From the IMG/VR virus record IMGVR_UViG_3300033067_000676, positions 1 to 28,533 of that record: 28,533 bases of DNA. One strand, 5' to 3'. Position 1 is the stretch's first letter; each line of letters begins with the position of its first letter. Source of the stretch: a virus. Its lineage: Duplodnaviria > Caudoviricetes. The position numbers were made by a program, and so were the translations under genes. The notes beneath the pieces are model-generated. The model did not search any database. It saw only the letters and a list, made by a program, of their open reading frames with translations, and had not been told where the DNA came from. Positions 1 through 8,416 of the stretch are shown in pieces.

Positions 1-123
1 TGGGTAAAAGATGGGAGTTTGTACTATTATAAAACAGACGGAATGACTTTTTCTTGCGCTTACTCAACCCCAATAACAGAATCCGAATACAACAATTCAT
101 TAACTCAAATAAATAAACTATGA
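1..123 (+). CDS. 3' end of a hypothetical protein (partial)
   Basis: Frame 1 is open from the window edge (WVKDGSLYYY...QINKL*). Its TGA overlaps the next ATG (ATGA at 120-123). Confidence 0.55.
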   Translation, partial: WVKDGSLYYYKTDGMTFSCAYSTPITESEYNNSLTQINKL

Positions 124-263
124 TCACAGAACTAATACCAATGGAGGACTTTGTATTGATGACGTTAAAGGCTAAAATGACAGTTAATCAAAAAGCCAAA
201 GCATTCCAACCCATTGGATGCCACTACCAACCCATCCACAAACCAAATCCACCAAAACCGTAA
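120..263 (+). CDS. small hypothetical protein (47 aa), possibly a deletion-fusion relic
   Basis: ATG coupled to the upstream stop; MITELIPMEDFVLM...PPKP*. An out-of-frame THWMPLP motif overlaps its 3' half. Confidence 0.35.
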   Translation: MITELIPMEDFVLMTLKAKMTVNQKAKAFQPIGCHYQPIHKPNPPKP

Positions 264-271
264 AATTATAA

Positions 272-304
272 TTTGTATTCATTTGATATAAATAGTTAAT
301 TTTG
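272..304 (+). promoter_or_regulatory. Bacteroidota primary-sigma promoter for the terminase operon
   Basis: TTTG (272-275), 21-nt spacer, TAATTTTG (297-304); 10 nt upstream of the terS ATG. Confidence 0.75.
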
Positions 305-314
305 TAATTAAATT

Positions 315-857
315 ATGGCAAACTCTCAAAGTGAAGTGCAGGTTGAGTTTATATTAAACCTACTGCGTAATGGTGGCAAAAGAAAGGACATTATGTCGAA
401 ATTTGGCAAGAAGTGGCAAAAGTCGTCAAGTCGTACCTTTGATAGACGCTTGAAACGCGCAGAGGAAGCGATGGGAAGAGAATTAAAGGAGATTAAAGAA
501 AAAAGCGAGCAGTTGGTAGCGGAGGAGATAGAAGCTCGTAAAATTGACATAATGGACGCTATTGAACGGAAATCAATTTTAACCCAAATCGCAAGAGGTC
601 AACTACCATTACAAAAAGCCATGGTAGTTGATAGAATGGTCGAATACATAGAAGTTGTGCCTGATTGGATGGACCGTAAGAATGCAATTGCCGAATTAAA
701 CAAGATGGACGGAGACTATGCGCCTACAAAAGTGGCGCAAACAACTGCCGCTGGCGATGATATACAACCAATGAATTTATCAAACTTAACAGATGACGAG
801 CTTAGAACACTTACTGAATTGCAACGCAAGAGCGGAACTGGCAAAACGGAACTTTAA
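315..857 (+). CDS. terS: terminase small subunit
   Basis: Directly upstream of and overlapping terL; N-terminal HTH-like region; DRKNAIAELNKMDG and C-terminal LSNLTDDEL motifs typical of TerS. Confidence 0.8.
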   Translation: MANSQSEVQVEFILNLLRNGGKRKDIMSKFGKKWQKSSSRTFDRRLKRAEEAMGRELKEIKEKSEQLVAEEIEARKIDIMDAIERKSILTQIARGQLPLQKAMVVDRMVEYIEVVPDWMDRKNAIAELNKMDGDYAPTKVAQTTAAGDDIQPMNLSNLTDDELRTLTELQRKSGTGKTEL

Positions 858-2157
858 AGATTTTGTCAGCTATCTTAAGCCTGGTTATATTTTTAAAGAT
901 TTTCATGATTACATCATTTCACGACTTGAAGCCTTTGAACGTGGAGAAGTAAAAAAACTAATGATATTCATGCCACCACAGCATGGAAAATCAGAGCTAA
1001 CGAGTAGACTGTTTCCTGCTTACTTACTTGGTAAAAATCCAAAGAGAAAAATAATCGTTAGTTCATACAGTGCTACCATCGCTCATGAGTTTGCTCGTGA
1101 CATCAAAAACAACATCAATGGCATAGAGTATAGAGAAGTGTTTGATACAAAAATAGGAGCTTTAAAACTTGATGACGGTAGTTATTCAGATAGTAGCCAT
1201 TACTATCACACATCACCACATAAGGGTTTTGTTTATGCTGTAGGTCGTGGCGGTTCTATCACATCTAAAACCATAGACATCGGTATTATTGACGATCCGC
1301 TGAAAGGACGAGAGGAAGCTATGAGCATGACGATTAAAACCAAACTGTGGGATTGGTACATTAACGATTGGCGCACACGTATGCACAATGATAGCCAGGA
1401 GTTACTTATTCAGACTAGGTGGGATACAGATGATTTAGGAGGTAAATTACTTAGTAAAGAACCTGACCAATGGGAAGTGATTTGCTTCCCTGCTATCAAA
1501 ACTAAAGATTATTCAGCCTATGACAATCGCCAGGAGGGAGAGGTTTTATTTCCTGAGAAGCATAATATTGAAAGAATTATGGACGTAAAGTCAAAATCAG
1601 AGGTAACGTTCAATTCGCTATATCAGCAGGACCCGAAACCCGATGATAATATTTTAGTACATCCAAACTTTGTGAAGCTTAAAGAGTTTCCAATGGCATC
1701 AATTGAGCGATGGGTAACGGGAATAGATTATGGCTATACCAATTCGCCTACAGCGATTGTAAGAGTTGGCATTTGGGGTAATAAAAGATATTGGCAGTGC
1801 TTAGCTTATCAGCCTGCAATTACCCCCGAAAATATACACAAGATACTTGTGATGCACAATTTGCATAAACATGCGCTATATAGTGAACACGACCCCGAAA
1901 TGATAGCCAAGTTAAGAAGGCTTGGACTTGCTGTTATGATGGCAAACAAATCAATCTATGCCGGTATTATAGAAGTGAACGAGCATGAGAACTACTACCT
2001 TGAAGATGATAAGTGGATGGGGTTTGAGGTTAAGAATTACCAATACGAAACCATTGGCGAAATTATATTGAATGACCCCGTCGATAAGAATGACCACTGT
2101 ATGAATGCTGGGAGGTATGCTATTTATACAGATGCGCTACAACATACGGGAATGTAA
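793..2157 (+). CDS. terL: terminase large subunit
   Basis: Walker A MPPQHGKS, Walker B IGIIDDP, coupling motif IQTRW, RNase H-like nuclease motifs GIDYGYTNSPTA and NDHCMNAGRY. Confidence 0.95.
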   Translation: MTSLEHLLNCNARAELAKRNFKDFVSYLKPGYIFKDFHDYIISRLEAFERGEVKKLMIFMPPQHGKSELTSRLFPAYLLGKNPKRKIIVSSYSATIAHEFARDIKNNINGIEYREVFDTKIGALKLDDGSYSDSSHYYHTSPHKGFVYAVGRGGSITSKTIDIGIIDDPLKGREEAMSMTIKTKLWDWYINDWRTRMHNDSQELLIQTRWDTDDLGGKLLSKEPDQWEVICFPAIKTKDYSAYDNRQEGEVLFPEKHNIERIMDVKSKSEVTFNSLYQQDPKPDDNILVHPNFVKLKEFPMASIERWVTGIDYGYTNSPTAIVRVGIWGNKRYWQCLAYQPAITPENIHKILVMHNLHKHALYSEHDPEMIAKLRRLGLAVMMANKSIYAGIIEVNEHENYYLEDDKWMGFEVKNYQYETIGEIILNDPVDKNDHCMNAGRYAIYTDALQHTGM

Positions 2158-2194
2158 AATAAAACATTTAAATAAAAAACATTAAATTTGAACT

Positions 2195-2650
2195 ATGATA
2201 CAATCAAACGAACTTAGAATAGGAAATTATGTGATATTTTCAGAAGATTCAACTATATTAATGGTTGGTGAAATATCAGAAAAGGGTCTTGTTGTTCAAA
2301 ATGAAGAAGAAACCACATGGATAGAGATAGAAAATTTTGACCCCATCCCCCTCACAGAAGGTATACTATTGAAGTGTGGGTTTGAAGTAGAAAAGTCTGC
2401 TGACATTTATGAATACGATATATATTCTATTCAAATATCAAACAACAGGTCTTTATGCTATTGCAAGCATCCATTAAAGAACTCAACAACTGGAGAAAAA
2501 ACGACAGATGATGCATGGTGGTTTGATGATTATTTCGGACCTTCATTTACTAATTTTGGTGATGATTTTTGGTGTAAAATAAAACACCTGCACCAACTAC
2601 AAAACCTTTATTACGCACTCACAGGCGAAGAATTAAATATAGAATTATGA
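2195..2650 (+). CDS. hypothetical phage protein
   Basis: 151 aa; ELRIGNYV...PIPLTE..L.KCGF...LHQLQNLYYALTGEEL pattern that I recognise from Bacteroidota phage accessory proteins; function unknown. Confidence 0.8.
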   Translation: MIQSNELRIGNYVIFSEDSTILMVGEISEKGLVVQNEEETTWIEIENFDPIPLTEGILLKCGFEVEKSADIYEYDIYSIQISNNRSLCYCKHPLKNSTTGEKTTDDAWWFDDYFGPSFTNFGDDFWCKIKHLHQLQNLYYALTGEELNIEL

Positions 2651-2934
2651 CAACAAAATTAACAAAAACTAAAATAGAAGGCGGTACAATTCTACATTTT
2701 ACAGATACTGATGGACGTATAAATAATATTGAACTAAACGATACTGAATTATCTATGTTAAAAGGGGAGTTTATTGAAATAATAAACGTAACTATTACGC
2801 CTACATATAATGAACTTTCTCAATGGTATTATAATAGTGATGAACAAACAGACCACGTACAGATAACAGTATCTAATGCCGATGTTTTAAAAACAATCCA
2901 AGATGCATTTGAATATTTTAACAGAAAGCACTAA
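2647..2934 (+). CDS. hypothetical protein
   Basis: 95-aa ORF coupled by an ATGA overlap to the previous gene. Confidence 0.7.
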   Translation: MTTKLTKTKIEGGTILHFTDTDGRINNIELNDTELSMLKGEFIEIINVTITPTYNELSQWYYNSDEQTDHVQITVSNADVLKTIQDAFEYFNRKH

Positions 2935-2936
2935 AT

Positions 2937-2964
2937 AAAAAAACACCCCCATTAAGAGGGTGCT
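2937..2964 (-). terminator. intrinsic terminator on the minus strand
   Basis: Minus strand reads AGCACCCTC-TTAAT-GGGGGTGTT then a T run. The mismatches on + become G-U pairs on -, and the U-tail exists only on -. Confidence 0.7.
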
Positions 2965-3028
2965 AATCATGAAAATCAATCAACAAATATAACTATGCGT
3001 GGTAAAATTAACACTAATTTTTAAATAT

Positions 3029-3061
3029 TTTGTATTTTATAAAGATAATATATTAATTTTG
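3029..3061 (+). promoter_or_regulatory. Bacteroidota-type promoter for the head/tail operon
   Basis: TTTG (3029-3032), 21-nt spacer, TAATTTTG (3054-3061); shares TTTGTATT-N16-TTAATTTTGTA with the terS promoter. Confidence 0.75.
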
Positions 3062-3145
3062 TATTGAATATCGTTATAAACTGCCTTATCTCGTAAAGTA
3101 CCGATGTAATATCAGGCATGAGAGAATAGGGTTAAAAAGAAAAGT

Positions 3146-4558
3146 TTGGCAAATATATTACTAAAGGCATGGTTGGCATTAGAAGCTGTAAGGCAGGTAA
3201 TGTCGACTAACAAATCAGCACCTTTGCCAGTTGGTCCCGATGTCGATGGAGTATCGATGGATAGTACTAATTTCTTTGAAGTGCTTGGCTCATCAGTTTT
3301 CTTTGAATCTTACAACACATCAAATAAGACAGCTAAAGTTTATAAAGAGTGCCCCCCACTCAACTACATTTTAAATCAAAAGAATCTACAACTTACAAAC
3401 GGTATATTCGTTTGCAATCGTGTATTTGAGAATGGTAAACGTACACCCGAAAAAGGAAAGCAATTTAGAAAGATACTCGAATGCCCTAATCCATTGGAAA
3501 CGGGTAAACAATTCATTGCACGACTAAATACAATACTTAAACTATTTCGTTATTGCCCCGTTTTAAAGGTTAAATCAGCAGGCTTTGAATCGAATGGAGT
3601 GCAGGAGTTATGGATATTACCACCGCACAAATGCAAGATTAAATTATACCAAAACAAACCGTTCCCGACATCAATTCAAGATGCTATTGAGAAGTTTGAA
3701 CTCATTGGCGATAATGGCAAAACAACCGTATTAGACAAAGAAAATATTTACTTCTTTACATCGCAAGATGTAAGCATTGATAGTTGTATTTTACCTGAAT
3801 CAATACTCGAGCCGCTACGCTACCCTATCAACAACATCATTAAGAATTATGAAGCTCGTGGGGTTATTACAGAAAGACGTGGCGCGCTTGGCATACTCAG
3901 TCCTGATGGACGTGACGCTGTAGGTCCAACACCTACGACACAAGCGCAAAAGGAGGACCTTCAAAAAGATTACCGTAAGTATGGATTGACTAAGGACCAG
4001 TGGCAAATCATTATTGCATCGGTGCCTATGAAGTTTACACCGATGTCTATGAACATGCGTGACTTAATGCTATTAGAACTCAATGAAGATGATTTAATGA
4101 CATTATGTGCTGCGCTTGGGTTTAAGTTCCAATTACTACCCTGGGGTTCACGTACAGCGTTTGCCAATCAAAACATAGGCGAAAAATCACAGTATCAAAA
4201 CTTTACGATTCCCGAAGCAGAAAACTTAATGTTTCAGTTTACCGATTGTACAGAAGTTGACCAATTGAACATTGAGTATAAGTTAGACTACTCACATATT
4301 GAAGCCTTACAAGCCGATGAAAAGCAAAAATCAGAAGTTAGGCGCAATAACGTAACATCAATATCAATGCAGTTTAGCAAAGGTTTAATCAATTACGGTC
4401 GTGCTATGGAATTGCTTGGCGAGTCCGATTTTACTAAAACAGAATACGCAAAACTGTTCATTTATGATGAAGCCCTACCCATGGAAATAAAGGAGCTATA
4501 CAAACTACCTATTCAAGATACTCAAACCCAAAATACTACCAATGAGCCAGCAAACTAA
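3146..4558 (+). CDS. portal protein
   Basis: 470 aa with a TTG start; between terL and the protease; HK97-like portal features (GALGILS, LCAALGFKFQLL, YKLDYSHIEALQ). Confidence 0.88.
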   Translation: MANILLKAWLALEAVRQVMSTNKSAPLPVGPDVDGVSMDSTNFFEVLGSSVFFESYNTSNKTAKVYKECPPLNYILNQKNLQLTNGIFVCNRVFENGKRTPEKGKQFRKILECPNPLETGKQFIARLNTILKLFRYCPVLKVKSAGFESNGVQELWILPPHKCKIKLYQNKPFPTSIQDAIEKFELIGDNGKTTVLDKENIYFFTSQDVSIDSCILPESILEPLRYPINNIIKNYEARGVITERRGALGILSPDGRDAVGPTPTTQAQKEDLQKDYRKYGLTKDQWQIIIASVPMKFTPMSMNMRDLMLLELNEDDLMTLCAALGFKFQLLPWGSRTAFANQNIGEKSQYQNFTIPEAENLMFQFTDCTEVDQLNIEYKLDYSHIEALQADEKQKSEVRRNNVTSISMQFSKGLINYGRAMELLGESDFTKTEYAKLFIYDEALPMEIKELYKLPIQDTQTQNTTNEPAN

Positions 4559-4751
4559 ATACAGATGTGCGCATGAGCATGAAGGACGTAAAAATCAACA
4601 CCACAAAAGAGGTGAAGTAATTACGGCAGATCAGTACAAGGTTATTGAGCATCCAGAGTATTGGATTCCTATACCTGGTGATGATGTTTTAAAAGGTTTG
4701 AAAGCAGATAGAGAGAAGATGGTTAACCGACAAAATGTAATAAGAAAATGA
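4542..4751 (+). CDS. small hypothetical protein
   Basis: 69-aa ORF overlapping the portal end and coupled (ATGA) to the protease gene. Confidence 0.6.
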   Translation: MSQQTKYRCAHEHEGRKNQHHKRGEVITADQYKVIEHPEYWIPIPGDDVLKGLKADREKMVNRQNVIRK

Positions 4752-5566
4752 TACCACAATTTGCAAATAAAGAAGAGGTTTTAGCCTTTATCAAAAATGA
4801 GATGAACGGGGATAAATCACGTTTCCTCAGACTAAAAAAGTCAATGGATAAATGCGCTGATTCGGTTTGTTTCAACTACTCTGAACCTACAAAGGACGAA
4901 GCAGTAAAAGAGCTGGGATCTGGCGAAAATAGCGATCCTAATACGCTTAATGTTAAAGTGGTTATCAATACTACCAACATACTTGATTCTCATGGCGATG
5001 TTCATATTCCTGGAATCTGGAATAAATCACTCAAAGAAAATAAAAACGTATTGCACCTGCAAGAACATAAGCAGTCATTTGATATGCTGATCAGCGATGA
5101 GGTTACAGCCACAGCAAAAAACTACACATGGAAGTCCTTAGGGTTTGACTACGAAGGCAGCACTCAGGCACTTGTTTTTGATTCAGTTGTAAAGGCTGAT
5201 GATAACGCATTTATGTTTAATCAGTATCGCAAAGGAAAGGTTAAAAACCACTCTGTAGGTATGCAGTATGTCAAAGTATTGTTTGCTGTCAATTCAACAG
5301 ATAAATACTGGGCTGAAGAAAAGGAAATTTTTGACACATATATTGATCAGATCGCAAATAAAGAAAGTGCATTAGATCGCGGTCACTTCTTTGTCGTAAA
5401 AGAAGCAAAAGTAATTGAAGGTAGCGCGGTCCTTATCGGTTCAAACAGAGCCACCCCAACAATTTCAATTAATGAAGCCGGTAAGTCCACTTCACCAATT
5501 ATAGAGCCGCTATCAAGCACTCAAAAACCCGATTTAAACAAAATTTTCAAACAAATTAAATTCTAA
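4748..5566 (+). CDS. HK97-family prohead maturation protease
   Basis: DSHGDVHIPG, HLQEH, HSVG and EGSAV motifs; lies between portal and capsid. Confidence 0.85.
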   Translation: MIPQFANKEEVLAFIKNEMNGDKSRFLRLKKSMDKCADSVCFNYSEPTKDEAVKELGSGENSDPNTLNVKVVINTTNILDSHGDVHIPGIWNKSLKENKNVLHLQEHKQSFDMLISDEVTATAKNYTWKSLGFDYEGSTQALVFDSVVKADDNAFMFNQYRKGKVKNHSVGMQYVKVLFAVNSTDKYWAEEKEIFDTYIDQIANKESALDRGHFFVVKEAKVIEGSAVLIGSNRATPTISINEAGKSTSPIIEPLSSTQKPDLNKIFKQIKF

Positions 5567-5573
5567 ACTAAAA

Positions 5574-7007
5574 ATGAAAAAAACACATTTAAGTTTTGGC
5601 TTACTTCCAAAAATGAACGGAAGAAACAGCCGCACACAATTTGCCGCGTATAGAAGCGACGGTAAGACTCAGGAGCAATTAGATGCAATTTCCGAAAAAG
5701 AGTTTTTGGACAGCATCAAAGACTTGGACGAAGCAGGTCAAGCAACTGTTAAAGCTGCACGTGCTCAATTCAAAGCTATCAAAGCAGAGATGGAAGCCAG
5801 CATGATCAGTAAAGAAGATGCTGAAACTATGGCATCTAAAGCAGTTGAAGATTCAAGCAAAGAATTGAAATCAATCATTGAGGACTTGAAAACCAAAACC
5901 ATCAAATTGGGTACCATCGTTACCAATATGAAAAACAACAGTTCAAACGATGAAAAGCCAATGACTTTTAGAGGTCAATTGGAAAAAGCATTTGAATCTG
6001 TAAAAGATGAAATTGATAGTATTTTGAAAAATGGCGGTAAACAAAGCGGTCCATTGATAGCTAAAGTTGCAACTACTATCACAGCAGAAGGAACTATTGG
6101 TGCTGTTGGCAGTGCTGCACACTACAACCTCACCCAAAGCACAGGCATCATAAGCACTATTCGTAAAAGAGTATTGACATATTTGCAAAATGTAGGTATT
6201 ACCCCAATTGATCCAGCACGACCTTATGTGAATTGGATAGAAGAATTAGACGAGCAAGGAACACCAATTTTTATTGGCGAAGGTGATGGTAAAACAATGC
6301 TATCAGTACGTTATGAAGAAAGAGAAAAGAAAGCCAAGAAAATAGCGGTTTATGGTAAGGTAACAACTGAAATGATGCGTTATTTACCGCGTTTGATTGC
6401 TTACATCGAAAATAATTTGATGAAGCGTGTAGATATTATCACAGAGGATCAATTGTTTAACGGTGATGACGCAGGTGATAACTTGAAAGGCATCATTCCT
6501 TATGCAACTGCATTTGATGGCGGTATTGGTACAAAAGCAGGAGCAGGTTTAGTTGGTTTAGTGCCTGCGCCTAAATACGCTGATGTAATTCGTGCTGCAG
6601 TATTGCAAGTGCAAAACAGCTATGGTGTTGCAAATGCGTTCTATGTAGATAATGACATTCTTGCCTTGATGGACACTGAAAAAGACGATTTAGGCGGTTA
6701 TGTGTTGCCACCGTTCAAATCTACAGATGGTACTACAGTCGCAGGCGTTCGTTTAATCCCTACAACTGCATTGGCAGGTACTACGTACGAGTTCGTGGGT
6801 GGCGACCTTTCTGTGGTTGGAGTTGGATTTACCGACAACATGAGTATTCAAATTGGATTAGACGGTAACGACTTTACCAACAACAAGAAAACTATCATTG
6901 TTGAGCAAGAATTAGTACAATGGGTTTCTGCAAATGATACGCCAGTATTGATTAAAGGAACTTTCCAAACCGCTAAAGACTTAATCAGCGCACCCGTTAT
7001 TCCTTAG
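5574..7007 (+). CDS. major capsid protein (HK97 fold, N-terminal coiled-coil scaffold/delta domain)
   Basis: 477 aa; helical charged N-terminus; FIGEGDGK, KKIAVYGKVTTEM, QLFNGD..NLKGI and GDLS...DFTNN motifs; ends in tandem TAGTAG. Confidence 0.92.
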   Translation: MKKTHLSFGLLPKMNGRNSRTQFAAYRSDGKTQEQLDAISEKEFLDSIKDLDEAGQATVKAARAQFKAIKAEMEASMISKEDAETMASKAVEDSSKELKSIIEDLKTKTIKLGTIVTNMKNNSSNDEKPMTFRGQLEKAFESVKDEIDSILKNGGKQSGPLIAKVATTITAEGTIGAVGSAAHYNLTQSTGIISTIRKRVLTYLQNVGITPIDPARPYVNWIEELDEQGTPIFIGEGDGKTMLSVRYEEREKKAKKIAVYGKVTTEMMRYLPRLIAYIENNLMKRVDIITEDQLFNGDDAGDNLKGIIPYATAFDGGIGTKAGAGLVGLVPAPKYADVIRAAVLQVQNSYGVANAFYVDNDILALMDTEKDDLGGYVLPPFKSTDGTTVAGVRLIPTTALAGTTYEFVGGDLSVVGVGFTDNMSIQIGLDGNDFTNNKKTIIVEQELVQWVSANDTPVLIKGTFQTAKDLISAPVIP

Positions 7008-7039
7008 TAGTTAAATATTCACAAAAAAAATAAATAGAA

Positions 7040-7261
7040 ATGGCAAAACCTAAAAAAACAAGTGGCAAAACTCCAAAGCAAGAAAAGCCAAAAGGCAATA
7101 CTTCAACTCCAAAGCAATCTCCAAAAGTAAGTGGACCACAAACGAAAATTGTAGTGGTAGGAACTGCAAAAGGACCGCTATTGAAAAATAAGAGGTATAG
7201 ACTCGTGCCGAAACTTGCAAAAATAGTTACGGATAAGGGGTTTGCCATTTTCGATAAATAA
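7040..7261 (+). CDS. small basic Lys/Pro-rich protein after the capsid gene
   Basis: 73 aa, A-rich leader; internal TPKQ repeat (AACTCCAAAGCAA twice). Confidence 0.7.
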   Translation: MAKPKKTSGKTPKQEKPKGNTSTPKQSPKVSGPQTKIVVVGTAKGPLLKNKRYRLVPKLAKIVTDKGFAIFDK

Positions 7262-7293
7262 CAATTTAAAAAACAATAAAACTTCATAAAAAA

Positions 7294-7866
7294 ATGAAAA
7301 AAATCCTTTTAGTGATGCTGACACTTACCACAGCCATTATGTTTTCATGCAATGTGAAAACCCAAGCACAAATCTTGATGTACCGAAATACCGATACTAC
7401 AAGTTTAGGAACTGCAACAACTGCAACGATCACAACCGGCACAACTGACACCCTTTACGATGCAAACACCTTGTACACAATGTATACTAAAGTAGGCGCA
7501 TTGAACGCATCCACAGTAGCGAATTACTTACTGACTTTTAACGTTACTAAAATTGACGGTACTGGTACAGCAAAAGTATTTTTACAAGGTAGTACTGATG
7601 GCATCGTATGGCGCAATGTTAATACCAATATGTTAGGTACTGATGGTTATAATTCCGATACCCTCAATATCGCAGCTGCTACGGTTGCACCTGGTGTGAA
7701 TTATGCCTATTCAAGTACTAACGGTGCAGCGGTGTTACGTTCTACATTATCGGCAACGGTACAGTATGTAAACTCTACACGTTGGTTATACTTTAGGTTA
7801 AAGATAGTTGGTGCAGGTACCCAGCGTACCATTTACAAAAATTGTAAAATCTATACCTTCTACTAA
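7294..7866 (+). CDS. beta-rich protein with an N-terminal signal peptide, in the head module
   Basis: MKKILLVMLTLTTAIMFSCNVKTQAQ: basic n-region, hydrophobic h-region, possible lipobox (FSC) or TQA|Q cleavage; Thr-rich mature part with LQGSTDGIVW...WLYFRL. Confidence 0.8.
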   Translation: MKKILLVMLTLTTAIMFSCNVKTQAQILMYRNTDTTSLGTATTATITTGTTDTLYDANTLYTMYTKVGALNASTVANYLLTFNVTKIDGTGTAKVFLQGSTDGIVWRNVNTNMLGTDGYNSDTLNIAAATVAPGVNYAYSSTNGAAVLRSTLSATVQYVNSTRWLYFRLKIVGAGTQRTIYKNCKIYTFY

Positions 7867-7868
7867 TC

Positions 7869-8414
7869 TTGGCTAATCTAACCACATACGAGTTATTTGT
7901 TGGACCGATAAACATTCCAAACATTGCACCTGCACAGATTGACAATGAAGCATTTGAATTGTTTATTACCAAATATGAAGCTGAACTATTGAGCAGTGTC
8001 CTTGGCTATACCCTAGCTAAGGACCTGCAAGATGGTACTAATGTAAGCGGTGTAACAGATGTAAACATTGCTAAAATCATTGAGGGTGCTGATTATACAG
8101 ATAGATTAGGACGTGCAAATCGTTGGCCAGGCTTTGAAACGGTTGGATATTCAGCTGCAGCAAATTACATCTATTGTAAATGGTTGCAATACATAGCATC
8201 TACTACAACGAGTGTAGGCGAAACGAAGGCAAACACATCAAATGCAGTTAGCGTTGGTAATGGTTTTAAAATAGCAAGTGCTTGGAATGATATGGTTGAT
8301 TGGCTTTATATTTTGGATGATTTTCTTACTCAAAATGTAGCCGATTATCCCAATTACAATAGAAACATAGCAGGCAATCCATTATTCACTAAAGACAACA
8401 TATTAGGCATCTAA
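7869..8414 (+). CDS. putative head-tail adaptor/connector
   Basis: TTG start, 181 aa; gene position; helical pattern (YEAELLSSVLG..LAKDL, AANYIYCKW, SAWNDMV). Confidence 0.6.
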   Translation: MANLTTYELFVGPINIPNIAPAQIDNEAFELFITKYEAELLSSVLGYTLAKDLQDGTNVSGVTDVNIAKIIEGADYTDRLGRANRWPGFETVGYSAAANYIYCKWLQYIASTTTSVGETKANTSNAVSVGNGFKIASAWNDMVDWLYILDDFLTQNVADYPNYNRNIAGNPLFTKDNILGI

Positions 8415-8416
8415 TT

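Noticed and set aside
7005-7037. Stop-codon read-through extension of the capsid, or TAG recoding
   Set aside because: Tandem TAGTAG and another in-frame TAG follow shortly; long genes are intact under the standard code.
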